A DNA stretch of 64,000 nucleotides from Paramoeba atlantica (Eukaryota > Protista > Discosea). The DNA lies in NCBI GenBank assembly GCA_977017575.1, contig CDRNVI010000014.1, positions 310,001-374,000 on the forward strand, in the 5' to 3' direction. The notes beneath the pieces are model-generated. The model worked only from the letters and a program-made list of their open reading frames with translations, was not told the origin of the DNA and searched no databases. This document shows positions 12,656 to 21,640 of this stretch, piece by piece (positions within the stretch are counted from its first letter, which is position 1; each line of letters begins with the position of its first letter). The translations under genes were made by a program, and so were the position numbers.

Positions 12656-12761
12656 TTTTTAGGCTCTTCGTTAAACGCGGAGGTAGTTTTCAACGCGAAG
12701 CGATAGCAGTGGTGCCTTCTAAGTTGAAAACAACCACCGTGTTTAACGAAGAACATAAAAA
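12656..12761. repeat. About 105-bp hairpin element identical in type to the centre of the 11054-11610 foldback
   Basis: TTTTTAGGCTCTTCGTTAAACGCGG..GTTTTCAAC-spacer-GTTGAAAAC..CCGTGTTTAACGAAG, opposite orientation to the first copy. Confidence 0.9.
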
Positions 12762-13276
12762 GGTTAAATAAGAAAGTAAAGATAAATGGCACCAAATAAG
12801 GCAAAGAGTGGGTGGCACTAAAAAAAACAACTACCATCACAAGTATTATTAGTACTGTGCCTGTGGGGGTTTATTCTTTCATTTGTTATTCTTTCAGCTG
12901 TTATTCAACTTTTCATTCAAGCGACGTGTTTTAACTAAGTTTTTTACTTTAACTAATTCTACTTTACCTACGTGCAATCATCCTAGCGGCTGAGTTATTG
13001 AACCCTTTCAAACGATGTCAAAAAAAACCTACACGAACCTACACGTGCCTACACAGCTCGTCACGGACCAACACGAACTTACACATCCCTACTGCATACT
13101 CTCCATTGTCTTCGAAAATTCCTGTTTAAGAGTCCTAATGTCCAGAATCGGCCAACTGTTCTTAAGACTTCAGAAAGGCTGGGCAGAACGAAGGCTTCTA
13201 GGTACGAATCTAAAGCGAAGCTTAATTTGTTTTACGAGGGCCTAGCGGGAAATTCATAGGAAAATCGTTCCCTCTA

Positions 13277-14167
13277 TTAGAGGGTCAACGCAGAATTTTG
13301 AAATAGAGGTCTGGGGCGTTCGCAGAAACAAGTAAAACAAGGAGGCGCCAGTGTGGAATTTGGGAGCCCAATCGAATATGATGGAAGATGGAGGTGTGAA
13401 AATATAGTGCAGGGAGTTTGATGTGTGCCACAGTTCTCAGGCGAACCAGAGCAGCGAATGTCACCTCCATACGTTATATCACCTACAATGGGGTGGCCTA
13501 AGTACGAGGAAAGGTGAAGTCGGATTTGATGTCGTCGACCAGTGTGTAGACGAATTTTGACAAATGAAACCTCAATATCCGCAAATTTGTCATTCCTCTC
13601 TGCGTCTTCACCCATGATCAATACAGGTTTCGTTTCTAGAGTATCTAGGAGGGTTAACAATTCACACGAGACGGTAACAGGAAGTACGGCTCGAGATACG
13701 CGTATGAGTTCCGTGTGAGCGTCGCGCGCTTGGGAGCCATTGAGTTTCATAGCAAAATCGGTTGGATCAGTTTCATCATATCCAATAGGACAATGGATGT
13801 GGAATGGCACAAACGCTGTTTCCTCTGTGCTTCGTTGTCCATTCTCCATGAGGTTACGCTTCTTTGCTAGTGTGCGTAACAGATTTCCGAAAACAATTGC
13901 TTCATACTCCTTCTGTACCTCTCGCATCTCAAAGCAGTGGATCAGACGGGCCGCCATGGGCCGCGTCAGGGCGACTAAGAGAACTCCGCTGGTGGCGGCA
14001 TCCAGCTGATGGACCCAACGAACACCTTTGGGGTTTGCTGGGTCAGAGGACGCGTTTAACGCGATGCACGTCGATGCCCAGTGTTTCACCGTAACCATGT
14101 GGTCATTGTTTAATTTCAGCTGCAAAGACAAATCCGTTTCTACGAAAAACGATTGCGCAAACTGCAT
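13277..14167 (-). pseudogene. 5'-truncated RluA/RPUSD1-like pseudouridine synthase fused to the TOP2 3' flank
   Basis: HQLDAATSG and GRRHQIRLH are present; motif I (LVLHKP) is missing. The first ~20 codons derive from TOP2 downstream sequence. Confidence 0.8.
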
Positions 14168-17100
14168 TCAAAGATCAAGAGCCTTTCCTAATCTTCCGTT
14201 CCAAGGAATGAACGCACGAAATTTTGCCGTCGCAAGCGACTTCACGTTCGCAAATTCTTGCATGTCCAAACTAATACGTGTCCCGTTGGGACGAAGCTTC
14301 GGGTGCTGGGCGGGAATCTTAGTACGCTCAGCACACTCCTCCATATGCAATCGCAACGCAACTTCTAACTCCTCGAGGTCCGAAAGCCAGAAGTCCTTTG
14401 GGAGAGACTGTCTCATCACATTAACTCGTTCCCGCAGTATGGCCACATTTTCAGCCAGGGCGCTTCGTCGTTCAGAACACAACGACACGACCGTCATCCC
14501 CAAAAGATATTCGTAGGACCCGTCCACCGGATCTCTCGGGATCTTAAGCTCCATAAGTGCTTTTACAATATCTGCACCGTTACCTGAGATGTTTATCTTT
14601 CCATCCAAGATGCTTCGCAGAAACACATGCCTTCCTTCCGCGACACTCAGCTGGTTCTCCGCCTTCTGCACCTCCGACTTCTTCCGCAGCTCATAAAAGT
14701 GCATCCGCATCTCACAGAAATTCTTCAATACTTCCATCGCATTCCCCAGCTGATATATCCTCCGTGGCTTCTCCTGCACAATAAACCGCGACTTCCGGCT
14801 TCGTCCCACCAGCGACAGCAAATGGTACAGCACATTAAACCGAATCCCCATCGAAATCACCTGCGGGGCGAGCTCAATTTCAAAATCCACTGCATCCACC
14901 GTGTGGTGCTCCTGGTAGCTTCGTATCACTCCTTTCTCCACCATGCCATCTAATCTCACCTTATAATCCGAAGTCCACATCCAGGCCGGGAGCTCCGTCA
15001 CCCGCACCGTGCAGCCATTAATCAGCGAGACCCGCCCGGTGGTGTAGTATCTGCCGCTCTTCCCCAGGCAGTGGACCTTCCCTTTGAATCCGGTCACCCA
15101 GGGCTTCAAGTCCCCAGTCATCTCCTTGCCGGATTTCAGCCAGGACCGGATCAGCTCGATCAGCACCAGCGGGTCGTGCCCGGGAATCGAAGTGGAGAAG
15201 CCGGTGCCAATCCCGTGGGAGCCGTTCACTAAGAGGGTCGGGATCACGGGGACGTAGAACTGGGGCTGCACGGTGAGGGCCTCATCGACCTCGTGTGTGA
15301 GATTGGGCTCGTCCTCGGCACGAAACAGCAGATGGGTGATGGCACTGAGTCGGATGTGGAGGTCCTGTGGGTCGGCGACATCGACCCCTCCCTCGAGACG
15401 GGTCCCGAATTGACCCTCCCCGAGGAGAAGGGGGACGTTGTTGGAACCGACAAAATTTTGGGCCATGGCGATCGCGGTGGATTGGAGGCTAACGTCCCCG
15501 TGGTGGTAGGCGGTGTGTTCGGCAATGTACCCGCAGAACTGGACGACCTTGATGGGGTCCCGGAGGTTACGTTTGAGCGCGGCGAAGAGAATTTTGCGTT
15601 GGGTTATTTTTAGGCCATCCATGAGATGAGGGATCGATCGCGCACAGTCCTCGATGGAGTAGCGAATCATTTGGCGGTGGACAAACTGGTGGTAAGACAT
15701 GCTTCGAACAGAGAAGTCCATTTTGTTGTCTTGGGTCACAATTTTCAGTCCTTCTTTGATCCATGTTCGTCGCTCAGCGGCTTGTGTATGCGATTTGCCA
15801 AACGGAAGCGCGAGGACGTTTTCGTCGGTGACAGGGTCGTATACGAAGGAAATCGTGTGCGCGTCCATTTTCCTAAAGTACTCCTTTGCTTCGGCCGAGG
15901 TATTTGTTCCCAATCCCTTATAGTACTTGTATCGGTATAACGGCTTCGGGTTCATCTCTTCCAACTCCTGGGTAAATTTAGTGTAACTCCCCATAGAATA
16001 AAACGAGCGGACTTCTCCCCTTGGCCCGAATGCCTTTACCAGCGGAGTGACGAATTGCGCAAGAAATCCCGGGCGTTGAAACAACTGTGGAGCAACGACT
16101 TGGATCAAGTTGGCAATGAGACCTTTAATGTGGTCACCACCTAGATCTTGATCTGCCATGATTAGCAACTTTCCATACCGAAGTCCGTTGGAATTCTGTT
16201 GCACAACCAGTCGATTTGAGAGGCCTTTGGTTGTTTTCAGATAAAGTCCCAGAATCGCTAATAGATTGCGCACCTCTGTGCACCTTGCAATGCTTGAAAC
16301 GGATGCAGATCGGACATTCATCAAAACTCCTCGTATGGGATATATACCGTGGTAGTCGCGACCTAACACGCTCAAGCCTGCTACGGCAAACGCCTTCGCG
16401 CTGTCACCCTCCGTGATGATCAAAGTACATTCGTTGGATTTTATCGTCCCCGCGTGAACAGCGTCCTCCAACTTCGGTATCAATAAAGTGCTTGTCCTTG
16501 ACACAACAGTGGTTTGGTGCTTCTTCATAATTCTGCTGTAACGATTCTCAGTTGCTACAAGGACGCGATCCACGATATCTGTCTCGGCCAGAAACCTGGA
16601 AATGAGATTTTCGAGTTCCGGAAGCGAACCACACTTTTGTGTTCGGGAGCGTAATGTGGTTTTTGTTTGCGAATCGAAATGAGGGTTTTCTATCTTGCAG
16701 TTCAGAAAGAGGGAGATGTTTTGTCTCACGAGGTCTTTCGTTTGCACAACCTGTGGTATCTTTTCCTGCACGTGAGATATCACTGCAGTACTCAAGGCGT
16801 CCATCACGTAGTTCACATGGGTCCCCCCGCGAGTAGTGTTGATGCAATTAACAAAGCTCGTCTGGTTGTAGCCCTCGTCACTGGTACACACAAGAACGTC
16901 CCAACGGTATGAAGACTGGGCCACAGATGGATGTGTTCGTGCTCCCGGGTAGAGGGCGCAGTACTCCTTAAAGTTGTGTACCTTGATCTGGGTGGCGTTG
17001 AGATATATGGTTGTATTGGACCCAATAACTCCAGCGAGATCCACAACACGACGACACATGAGTTCGTACATGTCATCCGTTAGGTTATCCATCTCGAATC

Positions 17101-17755
17101 TAGCGTAATCAGGGAGAAAAGAAATTTTCGTATAACCTGAGTCTCCTCCCTCTCGCACCTCTGGAGCTGAAGCAACCATCATGTGATCTTGCCACTTCAT
17201 GGAGAAGAACTGCTTCGTCGGTTCGTAATTTGTATCAACAGAAAATTCCTTAGAAAAGATATTTGTTAGCTTTGCGCCGTATCCATATCTCCCACCCGTG
17301 ATTCTTTTCTTTGATTCATCGTAGTTGGAGGAGGTCAATACGTGGCCAAAAATCATTTCTGGAATCCATAATTTGTATTTTCGATGTTTCACGACTGGGA
17401 TACCAATGCCGTCATTCTCTACGCTTATTGCACCTGTTTGTCGATCGATCTCAACTTTTACATATGTTTGTTTGGCGCCTTCACGGGTCTTGTTGTCTGC
17501 TGCGTTAACAATTATCTCGTCAAAGATCTTGTACAAGCCTGGGGAATACTTTAGCTCCTTTCGCTCCATTGTATTACCTGTCTCGTCGTAAACCCAGCAT
17601 AACTCTTTGGAACATGAGGTATTTCCGATGTACATATCAGGTCTGGCTAAAACGTGTTCTCGTGGTGTAAGCTTCTCATACACGTCGTCAGGATGCTTAA
17701 CGGTTCGCAGATGCAAACAAATGCGAAACAAATTGGGCTTCAAAGAGCGCAGCAT
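14168..17755 (-). CDS. TOP2: Topoisomerase II paralog, full-length (1195 aa) but lacking catalytic residues
   Basis: Colinear with 1117-4704, no stops or frameshifts. APRYI is replaced by DPQDL, DQDLDG by DQDLGG, PIRGKP by PIRGVL. Confidence 0.93.
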   Translation of the reverse strand: MLRSLKPNLFRICLHLRTVKHPDDVYEKLTPREHVLARPDMYIGNTSCSKELCWVYDETGNTMERKELKYSPGLYKIFDEIIVNAADNKTREGAKQTYVKVEIDRQTGAISVENDGIGIPVVKHRKYKLWIPEMIFGHVLTSSNYDESKKRITGGRYGYGAKLTNIFSKEFSVDTNYEPTKQFFSMKWQDHMMVASAPEVREGGDSGYTKISFLPDYARFEMDNLTDDMYELMCRRVVDLAGVIGSNTTIYLNATQIKVHNFKEYCALYPGARTHPSVAQSSYRWDVLVCTSDEGYNQTSFVNCINTTRGGTHVNYVMDALSTAVISHVQEKIPQVVQTKDLVRQNISLFLNCKIENPHFDSQTKTTLRSRTQKCGSLPELENLISRFLAETDIVDRVLVATENRYSRIMKKHQTTVVSRTSTLLIPKLEDAVHAGTIKSNECTLIITEGDSAKAFAVAGLSVLGRDYHGIYPIRGVLMNVRSASVSSIARCTEVRNLLAILGLYLKTTKGLSNRLVVQQNSNGLRYGKLLIMADQDLGGDHIKGLIANLIQVVAPQLFQRPGFLAQFVTPLVKAFGPRGEVRSFYSMGSYTKFTQELEEMNPKPLYRYKYYKGLGTNTSAEAKEYFRKMDAHTISFVYDPVTDENVLALPFGKSHTQAAERRTWIKEGLKIVTQDNKMDFSVRSMSYHQFVHRQMIRYSIEDCARSIPHLMDGLKITQRKILFAALKRNLRDPIKVVQFCGYIAEHTAYHHGDVSLQSTAIAMAQNFVGSNNVPLLLGEGQFGTRLEGGVDVADPQDLHIRLSAITHLLFRAEDEPNLTHEVDEALTVQPQFYVPVIPTLLVNGSHGIGTGFSTSIPGHDPLVLIELIRSWLKSGKEMTGDLKPWVTGFKGKVHCLGKSGRYYTTGRVSLINGCTVRVTELPAWMWTSDYKVRLDGMVEKGVIRSYQEHHTVDAVDFEIELAPQVISMGIRFNVLYHLLSLVGRSRKSRFIVQEKPRRIYQLGNAMEVLKNFCEMRMHFYELRKKSEVQKAENQLSVAEGRHVFLRSILDGKINISGNGADIVKALMELKIPRDPVDGSYEYLLGMTVVSLCSERRSALAENVAILRERVNVMRQSLPKDFWLSDLEELEVALRLHMEECAERTKIPAQHPKLRPNGTRISLDMQEFANVKSLATAKFRAFIPWNGRLGKALDL

Positions 17756-18764
17756 GATAAAGGACTGACTGGTAAAGTATTCTAAGAAACGATTTGAAGT
17801 ACAGTACACACAACTATTAGTGTATCATTTTTTCATAAGACAAAAAGGACATCGTCACTCACCTAGACTCAATCTGTACCCAAAAATACGTTTTTTCAAA
17901 AAAAAAAGTGCCCCCTTCGACCAAATTTCAATTCAAAGTCGTTTTGAGCACCATAAAACAATAATTCCCGAAATGTGAAAGATTGGAAGCCATTTAAAGT
18001 CACTAGAAAATTCTTTAGAATTATTGTTCTGTATTGGTATAAAGGGGCTGTGGGTACATCTTCTATAAGGCTAGGTCTGACATGTAAAGTATAAAGGAGA
18101 AATCAACAAGCGAAGTATCGATTGAAAGTGCACAGAGTTACTGAAATAGTATCTTTATCCCAAGGAGGAATCCTTTCAACCCAAATGGGGTGATGCAAGC
18201 TGAAGATATGCGTCTACGAAACAAAAATATCTTTAAGGAGTAAGTAATGGGGTGGTATAAAATGAGGACATGCGTCTACGAACTAAAACAAGCCCAAAGA
18301 GAAGCAAAAAAATTGTAGATAATTCACACAGCGTAGTGTATAGTGGGTTAAGCACTGGTATGCAAAAAAATGTTCACATGTTTGACGCTTTCTTGTTATT
18401 GGTGTTTACCTGTAGCCAGGTGTCGCGTTCATTGAAGTAGTATATCAGAGTAGTGTATACGTGGGTACTGTGTATACGTGGGTACTGTGTATGTTGCCAT
18501 AGAGCTTACAACTTGAACGGCTTTGTAATAAAAATATGATCGCGTACAAGTGAGGGGCTGCGCGTGAAACCTCGCGAAACCTCGGTGAAACCTCGCGAAA
18601 CTCCGTTAAAAATCTCTCAAAGCCATGCTCAAGTGTTTGTCGTACAACAACTCAAAAAGCAAATTAAATAAAATAGAAATACAGCAATAATCAGTGCTGG
18701 ATAAATTCATTTTAACGTCTACCTTGTATTGTACGAACCACAGATTGATAAACTACACGTATTA

Positions 18765-19064
18765 CTCCTCCTCTGATTAATTTTGATAATATAATAATTT
18801 TTTTTTAATTTTTATCCCCCATTATTTTGATAATATATTGTTTCAATATATTTCGTTCTCTAGAACAGCAAAGTCACAAATTTTTCAGTTCGAACACCCA
18901 AAATGCCCCAAATCTGGGGTAAAAAGTTGCCTTTTTCGCCTAGAAATCGGGTATTTTCGCCCGAAAGCTGTTTTCGGTTCTTATTAATTTTGATAAATGA
19001 TAATGATAATAATAAGTCAATTATATTTATCATTTATCACTATCAAAATTAATCAGAGGGGGAG
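18765..19064. mobile_element. MITE, 300 bp, TA-flanked
   Basis: CTCCTCCTCTGATTAATTTTGATA...TATCAAAATTAATCAGAGGGGGAG ends. Confidence 0.8.
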
Positions 19065-19315
19065 TACCACTTTCTGAAAGATATTTCTAACCGTTTACCT
19101 TAAAACTGCTTTCTGAATTTTAAATCTTTCCACCTGCTTGGGGCAGACCCTAAAGTGAGCCTAAAAAATCGTACTGCTATACCCCCCAGTTTATGAGTTC
19201 CCCGTTTTTGAGAACATCCCCAGTCGTGGAACAAGAGGAAGTGAAACAAGTGGTGTAGGGGATTTGTGGCACAAACCGGGTATCCAACAAAAGACCCAGT
19301 AACTGGATGATTCAA

Positions 19316-20374
19316 TTAGCTAATCAATGTTTCAAGTGATAGTGGAGACTGAAATCTAGTCTTTTGCTCAAAAGGTGGAGTACTTTGCAAGTCTTTTCTT
19401 CCCCTTGGACTCAAGCCTTTCCGGTATCTTCTAATAATTCTCCTGCGTTCGGCCTTCTCCCGTCTCTCCCGGAGAGGAGTGCGAGGCGCCAGCGTGGAAT
19501 TTGGGAGCCCAATCGAATGTGATAGAAGATGGAGGTGTGAAAATATAGTGCAGGGAGTTTGATGTGTGCCACAGTTCTCAGGCGAACCAGGGCAGCGAAT
19601 GTCACCTCCATACGTTATATCACCTACAATGGGGTGGCCTAAGTACGAGGAAAGGTGAAGTCGGATTTGATGTCGTCGACCAGTGTGTAGACGAATTTTG
19701 ACAAATGAAACCTCAATATCCGCAAATTTGTCATTCCTCTCTGCGTCTTCACCCATGATCAATACAGGTTTCGTTTCTAGAGTATCTAGGAGGGTTAACA
19801 ATTCACACGAGACGGTAACAGGAAGTACGGCTCGAGATACGCGTATGAGTTCCGTGTGAGCGTCGCGCGGTTGGGAGCCATTGAGCTTCATAGCAAAATC
19901 GGTTGGATCAGTTTCATCATATCCAATAGGACAATGGATGTGGAATGGCACAAACGCTGTTTCCTCCGTGCTCCGTTGTCCATTCTCCATGAGGTTACGC
20001 TTCTTTGCTAGTGTGCGTAACAGATTTCCGAAAACAATTGCTTCATACTCCTTCTGTACCTCTCGCATCTCAAAGCAGTGGATCAGACGGGCCGCCATGG
20101 GCCGCGTCAGGGCGACTAAGAGAACTCCGCTGGTGGCGGCATCCAGCTGATGGACCCAACGAACACCTTTGGGGTTTGCTGGGTCAGAGGACGCGTTTAA
20201 CTCGATGTACGTCGATGCCCAGTGTTTCACTGTAGCTGTGTGCTCCGCTCCGTCCATGGCAACGTCAAAGGGCTTATGCAGGACCAAAAGTTCTTCGGAT
20301 TCGTACAAAACAAGAAAATCATTTGAGTGTTGCAACGAGGTCGTTGTATGTATTGGTCTCACAGAATGCGTCAT
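19316..20374 (-). CDS. RluA-family (RPUSD1-like) pseudouridine synthase
   Basis: LVLHKP, HQLDAATSG (catalytic Asp), KEYEA, GRRHQIRLH, HPIVGD. The C-terminus diverges abruptly from the 13277 copy near 19490. Confidence 0.88.
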   Translation of the reverse strand: MTHSVRPIHTTTSLQHSNDFLVLYESEELLVLHKPFDVAMDGAEHTATVKHWASTYIELNASSDPANPKGVRWVHQLDAATSGVLLVALTRPMAARLIHCFEMREVQKEYEAIVFGNLLRTLAKKRNLMENGQRSTEETAFVPFHIHCPIGYDETDPTDFAMKLNGSQPRDAHTELIRVSRAVLPVTVSCELLTLLDTLETKPVLIMGEDAERNDKFADIEVSFVKIRLHTGRRHQIRLHLSSYLGHPIVGDITYGGDIRCPGSPENCGTHQTPCTIFSHLHLLSHSIGLPNSTLAPRTPLRERREKAERRRIIRRYRKGLSPRGRKDLQSTPPFEQKTRFQSPLSLETLIS

Positions 20375-21175
20375 GAAGCATATTGCAGAAATACCAAATT
20401 AGCAAATGTGTGAAGTAAAATAGACAGCGAATAATATGGACTCGATTATTTTTGGTGATTAACGTTTTGTCTTTTGCAGCGCTGTCGGAAAATAAACCAG
20501 GAAAATAAAGCGGGAGAGGGAGATACCAATAACACAGATGCGGCAGCTTCCCACAGGAAATACGGTATATCGTACTTTATATACTATATAAATATAAACT
20601 ATTATATAGTATATAGTATACAGGTGTATAGTACTATGCGGGTGTATAGTACTATACCCCCCCTACTTATTTGTCACTTTTCTCGAAAAAGGCATGACAA
20701 ATAAGTAGGGGGGTCGGGCGTGTGACAAATAACTAGGGGGGGTGGCGTTCATTGGGTGACAAACAACTATGGGAGGTAGGTGTTGTCAGACCCACATCAG
20801 GAGCCTCCCCAGAAATGAGCGTGAAAGATACTCGTCTTTGAGGCATGAATGATGAAAACAGGAGAAGCCCCAAAAATAGTAGAAAAAATTGCGAAAATGC
20901 AAGTCGAAAAAACGTTTTCGTTAGAAGGAACTCAGAATGTACCCTAAAATCATTCTTTTGGAGTCGAAACACCGTGTCTTCGATGCGTAGAAACCAAGAA
21001 AAAAACAGTGTTTCTGGAAGCTCGAAGATGGATCTAAGTGCCGGCTAAAAATTCCGGAATTCGGGCCGTTGTTCCTCTTCAAATGCCGAATTGTGGATAA
21101 ATTCCGAAGTTGGTTACTTATTGCACAAGGAAATTTACCATGTAATATCGCGTTGCAAGCACAACTTTCTGGTCC

Positions 21176-21540
21176 CATTGCCGTCCTGATTGGATGAACT
21201 GTTGAGTTCATGCCAGGGACATCGAGATATGGATTTGATCTTGGACGTGCTCTTTCGAGACACCTCTCCTTGGTTCCATTGCCGTCCTGATTGGATGAAC
21301 TGTTGAGTTCATGCCAGGGACATCGAGATATGGATTTGATCTTGGACGTGCTCTTTCGAGACACCTCTCCTTGGTTCCATTGCCGTCCTGATTGGATGAA
21401 CTGTTGAGTTCATGCCAGGGACATCGAGATATGGATTTGATCTTGGATGTGCTCTTTCGAGACACCTCTCCTTGGTTTTCATTGCCGTCCTGATTGGATG
21501 AACTGTTGAGTTCATGCCATGAATACCGCGATTCATTTGC
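21176..21540. repeat. Tandem array of a 101-102 bp unit (3 units plus a partial) ending in a unique 31-bp cap
   Basis: Units start at 21206, 21307 and 21408; cap GTTCATGCCATGAATACCGCGATTCATTTGC at 21510-21540. Confidence 0.97.
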
Positions 21541-21541
21541 A

Positions 21542-21564
21542 GATACAGTTTCTGTACCTTGTTG
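21542..21564 (+). other. 3' part of a kinetoplastid spliced leader (mini-exon)
   Basis: GATACAGTTTCTGTACCTTGTTG versus the known kinetoplastid SL 3' half GATACAGTTTCTGTACTATATTG; not followed by the GT of an SL intron. Confidence 0.75.
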
Positions 21565-21640
21565 AATTATTTTAATTTTTCTACTTGGTACTAACTGTAT
21601 GAAACCTCCATGACAACCAGAACCGCCACACAGGAGGAAA

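Noticed and set aside
14168-14170. Stop-codon reassignment (UGA=Trp)
   Set aside because: COX15, RNR2 and TOP2 end at TGA at their expected C-termini and use TGG for Trp.
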